DNA from: Sedimentisphaerales bacterium
GTDB taxonomy: Bacteria > Planctomycetota > Phycisphaerae > Sedimentisphaerales > SM23-30
Length of the DNA stretch: 64,000 nucleotides
NCBI GenBank assembly: GCA_963663965.2
Contig: CAXXFK010000018.1
Span: 32,001 to 96,000 of the forward strand
Direction of reading: 5' to 3'
Part shown: piece by piece, positions 21,766 to 31,753 of the stretch
Layout of the letters: the number at the start of each line of letters is the position of its first letter
Numbering within the stretch: position 1 is the stretch's first letter
Program-made: the position numbers and the translations under genes
The notes under the pieces: model-generated
Databases searched by the model: none
Seen by the model: the letters and a program-made list of their open reading frames with translations, nothing else
What the model was told of the DNA's origin: nothing

Positions 21766-22067
21766 TCTGAGGATTTTGCTTATTTTTTTTTCATAGTTTC
21801 AAGGATAGGCTGAATCGATAGATGCGAAATGTGTTGTAAAGTACTTATATTAAATAAGATATGGATTAAGGAGCCAGGGTTGCAGGCACGATTCGGTTTG
21901 AAATTGAATATCAATTTGTGGTGACTCAAAGAGGGGGCATTATTGCTATGAAAAGGTCATTTAGCGCAACAGCTGAATCCAATGCAATAGAGTACCGGTT
22001 TGGATCAGTTTATCAATCAACCTATTTATATTTCTAACAGTTCAATCATGTATCAGGGACATCAGTT

Positions 22068-23594
22068 ATGAATCGTCGCGAATTTCTCAAATCCAGTGTT
22101 GTAGTTGGCTTGTCCACATATATTACCCCGGCCTGGCCGGCTCCTCAATCGCGTCCCAATTTACTGATTATTCACACCGATGAACATAACTTCCGTACGC
22201 TGGGTTGCTACCGTAAGCTCATGTCAATTGATCAAGCCCAGATTTGGGGTGCCAAGGCGATTGTCGAGACACCCCATATTGACTGGATCGCGGAAAACGG
22301 CGCGACCTGCACTAAATTTTACGCGACCACCCCGGTCTGTTCGCCATCGCGGGCAGCCTTTACCACCGGCAGGTATCCACAGAATACACCGGTTGTGACC
22401 AATGATATCCCCATGAACAGCGATGTGGTGACTTTTGCCGAACTACTCAGGCGTCAGGGCTACGCCACCGGTTATGCCGGCAAGTGGCACCTGGACGGTG
22501 CCGGGAGGCCCCAATGGGAACCTCAGCGACGATTCGGGTTTGAAGACAACCGTTATATGTTCAACCGCGGCCACTGGAAACAGCTGGAAATTACCGATAG
22601 CGGTCCTCGGGTAGTAACCCGTAATGCTAAAGGTGTTCCCAACTATAACATTGAAGGCGCCACCCGGGAGAACTTTACCACCGACTGGCTGACTGACCGG
22701 GCCATAGAATTTATCCAGACGAATAAAGGGCGTCCATTCTGTTATATGGTCAGTATCCCCGATCCCCATGGTCCCAATTCGGTTCGGGCGCCTTATGATA
22801 CGATGTACGATGATATCGAAGTTCAATTACCGCGTACGGCATCCAAGACGGATGAAGGCCTGCCTGCCTGGGCCACAAAAACGCGGCAACCCATCACGAA
22901 GAAGATGCTCTCGCAATATTTCGGAATGGTCAAATGTATTGATGACAATGTCGGCCGTATGCTTGATACCTTGCGTCAGGAGAAACTGATCGACAAGACC
23001 ATTGTTATTTTTACCTCGGATCATGGCGATCTGTGTGGCGAACACGCCCGGCACAACAAAGGTGTGCCGTTAGAGGCCTCTGCCAAGGTGCCCTTTCTGA
23101 TCGTATGTCCCGGTAAAGTCCAGCCCGGTAAAGTGATCGGGCAGGCGATGAGTTGTGTCGATTTTCTGCCGACGATACTGGCCTTGATGGGAGTTCCCAC
23201 TGCCGGTCAGGAAGAAGGCCGGGACTGTTCGGGGTTATTTACCGGGCAGGCGCCTGTCGATTGGAAGGATGTGATCTTTATTCGCGGAACGGGAGTTCGT
23301 CCGGGCGCTAAATCCGGCAATGATGAAGATGGGGAAGAGACCGGGGGTAAAAATGATGATAACTGGATCGCCGCGATCACCGGCCGCTATAAACTGGTCC
23401 TTCAGCGTGGCGAGCAGCCATGGCTTTATGATCTCAAAAGCGATCCGGATGAGCTTAAAAACTATATTGATGATCCTGCCTGTCAATCGGTGGTGGCAAT
23501 GCTGGCACGTGAACTGATCGCCTATGGTAAAAAATACCATGATTCCCGGGTAGAACGTCTGGATATCCTTAAAAAACTGACAAACAGAGGATAA
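22068..23594 (+). CDS. sulfatase (Tat-exported)
   Basis: MNRREFLK Tat motif; PNLLIIHTDEH, CSPSR, GKWHL and SDHGD. Confidence 0.93.
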   Translation: MNRREFLKSSVVVGLSTYITPAWPAPQSRPNLLIIHTDEHNFRTLGCYRKLMSIDQAQIWGAKAIVETPHIDWIAENGATCTKFYATTPVCSPSRAAFTTGRYPQNTPVVTNDIPMNSDVVTFAELLRRQGYATGYAGKWHLDGAGRPQWEPQRRFGFEDNRYMFNRGHWKQLEITDSGPRVVTRNAKGVPNYNIEGATRENFTTDWLTDRAIEFIQTNKGRPFCYMVSIPDPHGPNSVRAPYDTMYDDIEVQLPRTASKTDEGLPAWATKTRQPITKKMLSQYFGMVKCIDDNVGRMLDTLRQEKLIDKTIVIFTSDHGDLCGEHARHNKGVPLEASAKVPFLIVCPGKVQPGKVIGQAMSCVDFLPTILALMGVPTAGQEEGRDCSGLFTGQAPVDWKDVIFIRGTGVRPGAKSGNDEDGEETGGKNDDNWIAAITGRYKLVLQRGEQPWLYDLKSDPDELKNYIDDPACQSVVAMLARELIAYGKKYHDSRVERLDILKKLTNRG

Positions 23595-23597
23595 GTT

Positions 23598-24938
23598 ATG
23601 TCACAAAACACGATTGATCGTCGCACGTTTATCCGGCAGACCGGTGCGGGGCTGGCCGCCCTGACACTGGGTGTAAGCCGGGGATTGAAAGCCGCACCGG
23701 CTGGGCGTCCCAATATCGTTTTGATTATGGCCGATGATATCGGTTATGAATGCTTTGGTTGTTACGGTTCCGACTTATATAAGACGCCGAATCTGGATCA
23801 ACTGGCTGCTACCGGCATTCGTTTCGATTATTGCTTTGCCCAGCCGCTCTGCACACCCAGTCGCGTCAAGATCATGACCGGTAAAAGCAATATCCGCAAT
23901 TATGTCGAATTTGGTATCATGGATCCCCTGGAAAAAACATTTGGTCATATGATGCAGCAAGCCGGTTATAAAACCGCGGTCGCTGGCAAATGGCAGTTGT
24001 TTGGTTCCATACCCCATCCCAATCTGGTTGGCAAGGGTATGCATCCGCGTCAGGCCGGGTTCGATGAGTATTGCCTCTGGCAGGTGGATGACCGCCCGTC
24101 ACGCTACTGGCAGCCGGGTCTGGATAAGAACGACAAGAAAATTAAAGGCGGGCCCAATGATTATGGCCCGGATATGGTTTGTGATTTTATCAACGATTTC
24201 ATCGAACGGCATCAAGATGAAAAATTCTTTGTCTATTACCCGATGATCCTGGTTCATGCTCCGTTTGAAACCACGCCTCACAGCAAAGATCGCGACTCAA
24301 AAGATCGGATCAGTAATTACCGTGATATGGTGGCCTATATGGATTTTATTATCGGGCGGATCGTCAAAAAACTGGATGAGCTTAACCTGCGAGATAATAC
24401 GTTGATTCTCTTTACCGGCGATAATGGGACAACCTCGGGGATTAAAAGCCCGCTGCATGGCCGGGAGATAATCGGCGCCAAAGGCAAAACGACTGATGCG
24501 GGGACGCATGTCCCCTTGATTGCCAACTGGCCGGCCAGGATCAAGCAGGCTTCGACTTGTGATGATCTGGTCGATTTCAGCGATTTTGTGCCAACTCTGG
24601 CCGAATTAGCCGGTGCAGAAATTTTGCCCGGCCCCATTGATGGAGTCAGTTTTGCGCCCCGGCTGCTGGGCAAGAAAGTAACCCCGCGTGATTGTGTTTA
24701 CTGTTATTATAATCCGCGTCATAGTGGATTCAAAGATGTGGTGGCCTGTTTTGCTCGTGATCATCGGTATAAACTCTATGGCGATGGCCGGTTTTACGAT
24801 CTGAAACAGGATCCGCTTGAAAAAGCGCCATTGGCCTTATCGAACCTGTCCGGACAAGCTAAAAAAAGTCATGCGCTGCTTCAGCAGAAGCTAAACCAGA
24901 TGGACATGCCACCTGGTAAGATTGGATCGATACAGTAA
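23598..24938 (+). CDS. arylsulfatase-like sulfatase (Tat-exported)
   Basis: DRRTFIR Tat motif; PNIVLIMADD, CTPSR, GKWQL and GDNG. Confidence 0.93.
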   Translation: MSQNTIDRRTFIRQTGAGLAALTLGVSRGLKAAPAGRPNIVLIMADDIGYECFGCYGSDLYKTPNLDQLAATGIRFDYCFAQPLCTPSRVKIMTGKSNIRNYVEFGIMDPLEKTFGHMMQQAGYKTAVAGKWQLFGSIPHPNLVGKGMHPRQAGFDEYCLWQVDDRPSRYWQPGLDKNDKKIKGGPNDYGPDMVCDFINDFIERHQDEKFFVYYPMILVHAPFETTPHSKDRDSKDRISNYRDMVAYMDFIIGRIVKKLDELNLRDNTLILFTGDNGTTSGIKSPLHGREIIGAKGKTTDAGTHVPLIANWPARIKQASTCDDLVDFSDFVPTLAELAGAEILPGPIDGVSFAPRLLGKKVTPRDCVYCYYNPRHSGFKDVVACFARDHRYKLYGDGRFYDLKQDPLEKAPLALSNLSGQAKKSHALLQQKLNQMDMPPGKIGSIQ

Positions 24939-25110
24939 CGTATCGACAAAAAGAGTTCTAACCACAAGGCATTCATACACTTCCGGATATTAAGGCCTGT
25001 TGTCATCTGTTAAGTGACCAGTAAAAATATTCGTCTATCGCTCTATTTTCTTATTGCGAAACGGTTGGTTTTGTCTTATGATAAAAGTATTACATAAGCT
25101 GGTACGATAT

Positions 25111-25172
25111 GGCTGAGATATTGAGAGCCACATGCTTGCCCTTTTATCAAAGGGAAGTGTGCGGCTTTTTTT
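25111..25172 (+). terminator. leader terminator/attenuator upstream of glpT (putative GlpP target)
   Basis: GGCTGAGATATTGAGAGCCACAT motif running into a stem-loop and T7 tract, about 50 nt before the ATG. Confidence 0.7.
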
Positions 25173-25221
25173 ATTGATACATGGTTTCTGAACAACGAGT
25201 TACAATGATGGGATCGAGATA

Positions 25222-26571
25222 ATGTTTTCAAAGTTATGCCAGTATTTTGCCCCGGCGCCATCGATACCGCGCCTGCCGGAGGATCAGATTAAAAAGCGCT
25301 ATCCCGTTCATCGCTGGAGCGTACTGGAATCAACTTTTATCGGCTATGGCACCTTCTATCTCGTCCGGAATAACCTTTCGGTAGTGGCCAAGGATATTGA
25401 AGGGGTCCTGGGTTACACCCATTCCATGATCGGCAGCATACTGGCGATTACGGCGATTACCTACGGCCTGGGCAAATTTTTTATGGGTTCGATCTCTGAT
25501 CGGAGTAACGCCCGCAAATTCATGGCGTCCGGCTTGCTGCTGACGGCGATCTGTAATATTCTGTTTGGTAGTGTCAGCAGTTATCATCTGCATGTGTTTC
25601 TGTGGGGCTTGAATGGCTTTGTTCAGGGCATGGGCTGGCCGCCCTGCGGTCGATCCATGGGTCACTGGTTCAGCGTCCGGGAACGCGGTACGATTTTCAG
25701 TGTATGGAACACCTCGCATAATGTCGGCGGTGGTATTGCCGGTATCCTGGCAGCCTGGGCGGCGCTCCATTTTGGCTGGCGCAATGCGTTCTTTTTTCCC
25801 GCGATGATCTCCATAATCGGAGCGGTCTATCTGTTTTTCCGCCTGAAAGATACCCCTCAGTCACTGGGATTGCCGCCGGTGGAAGAATACCGCAACGACT
25901 ATCCCGAAGATGAAGCGCAGCACGGGGCCCATGAAAAGGATCTCAGCAGCAAGGAACTGTTCATCGATCATGTGCTGGCCAATAAATATATCTGGCTGCT
26001 GGCTATCGCCAATTTTTTCGCGTATATCGTTCGATACAGCATGCTGGATTGGGGCCCGATTTATCTGCGTGAGGTTAAAAACGCCACACTGACCCATGGC
26101 GGTCTTTCCGCGTTGGCGTTGGAATTTGGCGGTATTCCTTCGACGATATTTCTGGGTTGGATCTCCGACAAACTGGGCGGCCGACGCGGCAAGGTGGCCG
26201 TGCTCTGTATGATGCCGATCACACTGGCCTTCATCGGAATTATTCTCAATCCGCCCGGTTATTTATGGATTGATATGACCATGCTGGTCGCGATCGGATT
26301 TTTGATTTATCCCGTTATCAATTTTATTACGATTATTGCCCTGGACCTGACCTCTAAAAAAGCGATCGGAACTGCGGCAGGTTTCATTGGATTATTTGGC
26401 TATATTGGCCGTATGGTACAGGCCAAGGGATTTGGCTGGATGGCCGATCATTACACCAAGCAGTACAACAGTGAAACCGCCTGGATGATTATTCTCTGGT
26501 CGATTGTTGCCTGCGCGACGGTTGCGGTGATCCTGCTGGGATTTACCTGGAGATTAAAGCCCAGGGCATGA
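25222..26571 (+). CDS. glpT: glycerol-3-phosphate/organophosphate MFS antiporter
   Basis: FIGYGTFYLVRNN, QGMGWPPC, WFS..ERG....WNTSHNVGG and GTAAGF.GLFGY. Confidence 0.88.
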   Translation: MFSKLCQYFAPAPSIPRLPEDQIKKRYPVHRWSVLESTFIGYGTFYLVRNNLSVVAKDIEGVLGYTHSMIGSILAITAITYGLGKFFMGSISDRSNARKFMASGLLLTAICNILFGSVSSYHLHVFLWGLNGFVQGMGWPPCGRSMGHWFSVRERGTIFSVWNTSHNVGGGIAGILAAWAALHFGWRNAFFFPAMISIIGAVYLFFRLKDTPQSLGLPPVEEYRNDYPEDEAQHGAHEKDLSSKELFIDHVLANKYIWLLAIANFFAYIVRYSMLDWGPIYLREVKNATLTHGGLSALALEFGGIPSTIFLGWISDKLGGRRGKVAVLCMMPITLAFIGIILNPPGYLWIDMTMLVAIGFLIYPVINFITIIALDLTSKKAIGTAAGFIGLFGYIGRMVQAKGFGWMADHYTKQYNSETAWMIILWSIVACATVAVILLGFTWRLKPRA

Positions 26572-26607
26572 TAAGTCCGACTAAAATTCATACGTTATTA
26601 CTGTTAT

Positions 26608-27183
26608 TTGCTAAGGAATGTAACTATCGAAACGATTAGATATGACAAGACAGTCATTGCCGCCATTGGTGATTTGGACCGGTTGAATACCGCGATTCAA
26701 TCGCAATGCAAAACGATCTTCCTGCTGACCGGCACCATCTTTAATTTAAAAGAATCGATCGATACCATCCATCGCGCCGATAAGAAGGTGCATGTGGATA
26801 TCGACCTGATGGAAGGCTACGGCAAAGATGCGGTTTTTCTGGAATATTTGCATCAGGTACTCAAGCCGGATGGGATCGTCACCACCAAAGGCCATCTGAT
26901 CCGAAAGGCTCAGAGCCTGGGCCTGTTCGCGATTCAACGGATATTCGTATTCGATTCCCGGTCGCTCTATTCGGGAATCGATTCTGTATTGAAAATCAAG
27001 CCCAGTGCGGTGGAAGTATTGCCTGGGATTATGCCCAAGGTTATCAGTAAAATCCGCAGTGAAACTGGGTTGCCGGTCATCTGCGGCGGTTTGATACTTG
27101 AACGAGAAGAAATTGACAGTGTGGTTCAAGCCGGCGCGATTGCCATTACGACGAGTGAACCGACCCTTTGGAATTTGACCTGA
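26608..27183 (+). CDS. glpP: glycerol-3-phosphate-responsive antiterminator
   Basis: VIAAI, H.D.DLMEG, DGIVTTK, AIQRIF..DS, EVLPGI.P, I.GGLI and AGA.AITTS; TTG start. Confidence 0.9.
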   Translation: MLRNVTIETIRYDKTVIAAIGDLDRLNTAIQSQCKTIFLLTGTIFNLKESIDTIHRADKKVHVDIDLMEGYGKDAVFLEYLHQVLKPDGIVTTKGHLIRKAQSLGLFAIQRIFVFDSRSLYSGIDSVLKIKPSAVEVLPGIMPKVISKIRSETGLPVICGGLILEREEIDSVVQAGAIAITTSEPTLWNLT

Positions 27184-27264
27184 ATCGAGGAGATGATGTT
27201 AACACAGATAGGATAAAATAGCTTGTTGACTATGGGCGTTGTTGCCCGTGAGTCTGAACACGTT

Positions 27265-27337
27265 GGTTGAGAAATTTGAGAACCGCATCGTGTTATCCGT
27301 ATCAGATAAAACGGATAGAGACGATGCGGTTTTTTTT
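27265..27337 (+). terminator. leader terminator/attenuator upstream of the G3P dehydrogenase genes (putative GlpP target)
   Basis: GGTTGAGAAATTTGAGAACCGCAT motif; long stem AACCGCATCGT...ACGATGCGGTT plus T run, 16 nt before ATG 27354. Confidence 0.75.
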
Positions 27338-27353
27338 ACACCATGAGGATGAC

Positions 27354-28781
27354 ATGTACGACATTGCGATAATCGGTGGCGGCATCATTGGATGCATGAT
27401 GGCCCGGCAGCTTTGCCGGTACGATTTGAAAATAATTCTACTGGACAAGAATAATGATATTGCGAATGAAACCACCAAAGCCAACAGCGGGATTATTCAT
27501 TCCGGATATGATCCCAATCCCGGCACTTTAAAAGCACGATTGAACCGGGACGGCAATCCCATGTTCGATGTGATATGCCGGGAGTTGGGTGTGTTGTTTC
27601 AACGGAACGGATCGCTGACCATTGCCTTGTCTGATGATGAGATTGTTGTATTGCATCGGCTTTACGAACAGGGTTGTGTCAACCGGATTCCCGGTTTGAG
27701 CTTACTGGATGCCGATGCGGTGCGGCGTCTGGAACCCAATTGCCATCCTCAAGTCAGGGCCGGCCTGCTGGCGAAAACTGCGGGAATTGTTGATCCGTTT
27801 GGTCTGGCAATCGCCTTGGCGGAAAACGCAGCTGATCATGGAGCCAATATTATTCTGAACAGCGAAGTCCTTGCTATTGATCGCGATGCGATGGGGTATC
27901 GACTCACCACTTCACAGCAAACTATTTCCACACGTTTTGTGATCAATTGCGGTGGCGTCTATGCCGGTCAGGTCCAGGCACTGCTGGCCCCGACTCGATT
28001 CACAATTACACCCAGGCGGGGTGAATATGTGGTATTCGATAAACAAGCCGGCAATCTGGTCAAAAGGACTATTTTTCAGTGCCCATCCGACACGAGCAAA
28101 GGCGTTCTGGTAGCCCCCACGGTTCATGGTAATCTGCTGGTGGGGCCGAATGCTGAAGTGGTGAAGGATCAGGCCGATGTGTCAACCACCGCAGCCGGAT
28201 TGCATGAAATTGTCAAGGCCGGATCGCGCAGTGTTCATAATATTCCCATGGATCTGGCGATCAATCATTTTGCCGGATTAAGAGCCAGTCCGGATACGGG
28301 CGATTTTATTATCGAAGAACTGGACGGATACCCGGGCTTTATCAATGTCGCTGGAATTGAATCGCCGGGCTTGACGGCCGCGCCGGCAATTGCTGACTAC
28401 GTGATTGAACTGCTTGACTCAGCCGGTTTGGAGTTACAGCCGAACCAGCGATTCAATCCCGAACGACAACCGGTTTCAAATTTTATGGAATTAAGCGATC
28501 GGGAGAAAGAGGCTCTTATTCGTAGCAATCCTCTGTATGGCCGCATTATTTGTCGCTGTGAATCAATCACCGAAGCGGAAATTGTTGAATCGATCCATCG
28601 ATCCGTGGGGGCTCGAACTGTCGATGGAGTCAAGCGTCGGGTACGTGCGGGGATGGGTCGCTGCCAGGGAGGATTCTGCGGTCCGCGTATTATTGAGATT
28701 CTGGCCCGGGAACTGCATCAGGATGCCGGTCAGATATTAAAAGATGAACAGGGATCATACCTGTTAACAGGTCAGTTATAA
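27354..28781 (+). CDS. FAD-dependent oxidoreductase with C-terminal BFD-like [2Fe-2S] domain (GlpA/LhgO-like)
   Basis: IIGGGIIG, TTKANSGIIHSG, AGIESPGLT and CRCE...GMGRCQGGFC. Confidence 0.9.
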   Translation: MYDIAIIGGGIIGCMMARQLCRYDLKIILLDKNNDIANETTKANSGIIHSGYDPNPGTLKARLNRDGNPMFDVICRELGVLFQRNGSLTIALSDDEIVVLHRLYEQGCVNRIPGLSLLDADAVRRLEPNCHPQVRAGLLAKTAGIVDPFGLAIALAENAADHGANIILNSEVLAIDRDAMGYRLTTSQQTISTRFVINCGGVYAGQVQALLAPTRFTITPRRGEYVVFDKQAGNLVKRTIFQCPSDTSKGVLVAPTVHGNLLVGPNAEVVKDQADVSTTAAGLHEIVKAGSRSVHNIPMDLAINHFAGLRASPDTGDFIIEELDGYPGFINVAGIESPGLTAAPAIADYVIELLDSAGLELQPNQRFNPERQPVSNFMELSDREKEALIRSNPLYGRIICRCESITEAEIVESIHRSVGARTVDGVKRRVRAGMGRCQGGFCGPRIIEILARELHQDAGQILKDEQGSYLLTGQL

Positions 28782-30124
28782 TGAGGTCAAGAATGATGCC
28801 ACAAGCAATGTATTATGATTTAGTTGTTATCGGAGGCGGGCCGGCCGGATTGGCGGCGGCTATAGCAGCCCGCCAAAAAGGCATTGAGAATATTCTGGTG
28901 CTTGAAAGGGACCGGGAATTGGGTGGGATACTGCAACAGTGTATCCATAATGGTTTCGGTCTGCATATCTTTAAAGAAGAATTGACCGGTCCGGAATACG
29001 CCGAACGCTTTATCGATGAGTTGGTTCGTATGAATATCGACTATCGGCTCGATACCATGGTGCTGCGTATCCAACCGGACCGCAGGATTCAGGCGGTTAA
29101 TCCCCAGGAAGGATTGCTTTCGATTCAGGCCGGCGCCATTGTTCTGGCCATGGGCTGCCGGGAGCGAACGCGAGGGTCGCTGTTGATTCCAGGCAGCCGG
29201 CCGGCCGGGATCTATACTGCCGGGGCCGCGCAGCGGCTGGTGAATATTGAAGGGTGCCGGGTTGGCCGCAAGGCGGTCATTCTGGGCTCCGGCGACATTG
29301 GCTTGATTATGGCGCGCCGGCTGACCCTGGAAGGCGCCCGGGTGGAAGCGGTTGTTGAGATCATGCCCTGGGCGGGTGGTCTCAATCGGAATATTGTCCA
29401 ATGCCTGTTTGATTTTGATATTCCACTGCTATTAAGCCATACCGTAACGAATATCTATGGCCGGAACCGCCTCACAGCTGTGGATATTGCTCAGGTTGAT
29501 ACGGAACGTCGTGTTTTGCCTCAGACCATCCGTCATATTGAATGCGATACGCTGCTCTTATCGGTTGGATTGATACCGGAAAATGAACTGTCTATGCAAT
29601 GTGGAATTACACTGGATCCAGTTACGCGCGGACCAGTAGTGGATGAAACCATGGCAACGAGTATTGAAGGAATTTTCGCGTGTGGCAATGTTGTCCATGT
29701 TCACGATCTGGTCGATTTCGTTACTGAGGAGAGCCGCAAGGCCGGCCGGAGCGCCGCTGATTATCTCCAGCGCCAGGCCTCTGCCGCCATGGCTCCGATC
29801 GCAGTGGTTGCGGATCCATCGATCCGATATGTTGTTCCCCAGTTTATCCATCCGGGAAGCCTGGATACCGATCTGACGGTTTTCTTTCGCAGCCGGGAGG
29901 TATATGATCAGGCTTTGGTGGTCGCCAGCCTCGATGGCGCCCCGATTTTGACTCGAAAAATACGACACCTGGTTCCCGGTGAAATGCAGCATATCACACT
30001 GAGTAAAGCAGTCCTGTCCCGTTGCTCCAGCGAATCCAGGTTGATGCTGTCGATCCTTCCTTCCTGGGAATCGTCTGAGACCGTGGCAATGGATGATCAT
30101 CATGCGGGTATGACGAAAGGGTAA
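28781..30124 (+). CDS. FAD-dependent pyridine nucleotide-disulfide oxidoreductase
   Basis: VIGGGPAG, GGILQQCIHNGFG, LAMGCRER, ILGSGDIG and CGNVVHVHDLVD. Confidence 0.9.
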   Translation: MRSRMMPQAMYYDLVVIGGGPAGLAAAIAARQKGIENILVLERDRELGGILQQCIHNGFGLHIFKEELTGPEYAERFIDELVRMNIDYRLDTMVLRIQPDRRIQAVNPQEGLLSIQAGAIVLAMGCRERTRGSLLIPGSRPAGIYTAGAAQRLVNIEGCRVGRKAVILGSGDIGLIMARRLTLEGARVEAVVEIMPWAGGLNRNIVQCLFDFDIPLLLSHTVTNIYGRNRLTAVDIAQVDTERRVLPQTIRHIECDTLLLSVGLIPENELSMQCGITLDPVTRGPVVDETMATSIEGIFACGNVVHVHDLVDFVTEESRKAGRSAADYLQRQASAAMAPIAVVADPSIRYVVPQFIHPGSLDTDLTVFFRSREVYDQALVVASLDGAPILTRKIRHLVPGEMQHITLSKAVLSRCSSESRLMLSILPSWESSETVAMDDHHAGMTKG

Positions 30125-30128
30125 AGCA

Positions 30129-30482
30129 ATGAAAAAAAATGAAATGATTTGCATTGTCTGTCCCATTGGCTGTCATCTGTCCATAACAGGTAATCAATCC
30201 GGTTATGTGGTGCAGGGCAACCAGTGTCCGAGAGGATGGGATTATGCGGTAAATGAATATACCAATCCACGCCGGATGGTGACATCCACGGTAAAAGTTT
30301 CAGGCGCGGTCCATGGCCGGCTACCGGTTAAAACCAGTCAGCCTTTCCCCAAAGGGAAAATTATGGATTTAATGGCAATGATACATACCGTAGAAATTAA
30401 CACCCCCGTCAAGCTTGGTCAGGTTATCCTGGCCAATGTGCTGGACAGCGGGATTGACCTTGTTGCGACCAGAACCATATGA
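30129..30482 (+). CDS. DUF1667-like Cys-rich protein
   Basis: CIVCPIGC, GNQCPRG..YA and P.RMVTSTV; usual third gene of this trio. Confidence 0.85.
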   Translation: MKKNEMICIVCPIGCHLSITGNQSGYVVQGNQCPRGWDYAVNEYTNPRRMVTSTVKVSGAVHGRLPVKTSQPFPKGKIMDLMAMIHTVEINTPVKLGQVILANVLDSGIDLVATRTI

Positions 30483-30499
30483 TTTTCAAGGAGATTGTT

Positions 30500-31339
30500 A
30501 TGTCACGAATGATCGCAGTGTTTATGCTGATCGTTTCTGTTATGCTCACGGGATGCTTTAATGGAAACGGTTCTCAATGTCGAAAGATTAAGATTGTTGC
30601 TCATCGAGGCGCCTCTTTTGTCGCGCCGGAAAACACTGTAGCGTCAACGGTTCTGGCGTTTGAAAAAAAGGCGGATATCTCCGAAATCGATGTCTATCTT
30701 TCCCAGGATCATCGCATGATAGTGATTCATGATAAAACCACCAAACGAACGGCTGGTGTCGACCTGACCGTGGCTGAAACCGACTCCGACCGGTTGCGGG
30801 AGTTGGAAGTGGGCACATTCAAATCGAGCGAATACACCGGCGAAAAGATTCCTTTTATCGAAGAAATCATCGCCGTTATTCCACGGGGCAAAAAATTATT
30901 TATTGAGATCAAATGCGGTCCGGAGATTGTGCCTTATCTGAAAAAGGCAATCGAAAACAGCGGCCGGGAAAAGCGGATGGAAATTATCGCCGGCAGCATG
31001 GAGGTCCTGACCGCCTGTGGCGAACTGCTGCCTGCCCTGCCGCGCTATTGGGTGCTGGCATCTAAAAAGGATAAGGACACAGGCAAATACCTGCCCTACG
31101 AACCCGGTATCATCGACCAGGCGGTCGCCGCCAGGTTAACTGGATTGGATCTGCATTATATGGGATTAACCCCCGAATTTGCCCAACAAGTTCATCAGGC
31201 AGGCCTGGAACTGTATGTATGGACCGTCAATGATGAGAAAGCTGCTCAGACCATGTGTACTTATGGAGTGGATGGTATTACCACTGATAAACCCGACACC
31301 ATCCGGGCGGCGCTTAAGAATCAGACTTCCAGTCTTTAA
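30500..31339 (+). CDS. glpQ: glycerophosphodiester phosphodiesterase (lipoprotein)
   Basis: LTGC lipobox; AHRGAS..APENT, EIDV, IHD, IEIK, WTVND and DGITTD. Confidence 0.88.
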   Translation: MSRMIAVFMLIVSVMLTGCFNGNGSQCRKIKIVAHRGASFVAPENTVASTVLAFEKKADISEIDVYLSQDHRMIVIHDKTTKRTAGVDLTVAETDSDRLRELEVGTFKSSEYTGEKIPFIEEIIAVIPRGKKLFIEIKCGPEIVPYLKKAIENSGREKRMEIIAGSMEVLTACGELLPALPRYWVLASKKDKDTGKYLPYEPGIIDQAVAARLTGLDLHYMGLTPEFAQQVHQAGLELYVWTVNDEKAAQTMCTYGVDGITTDKPDTIRAALKNQTSSL

Positions 31340-31753
31340 GCATGATAAAATGGGGAGCTTGAAATACCGGCTTCAAGATCCCCTGCCTTTCCGGAAATAC
31401 AATCCTTTTGGGCAGCCCATCAAGCACGCTACAATAGACGTACTGCGATTTTAGATGCGAAACGAACCCAATTATTAATCCCAACTGCTTATTCGATCAT
31501 TTCTTTTCACCTTCGGGGATTATAATCATTGATCTAACTAATTCATCTCATATGAGTTATATTCCTTTGATATTTCCATTGGTATTAAGCCGACAACAAA
31601 TAAAATCACCTTGGTTATTAAAGCCCGCCTTGATTCATTGATTTACCCTGATTTATCCGATCTGTATAATTGATCGACGCACGAAGTATCATTGTGCGTC
31701 AAGCAATGTCTATATAACCCTATGACCAACCTGGCAATTAAGCTAACGCAAAA

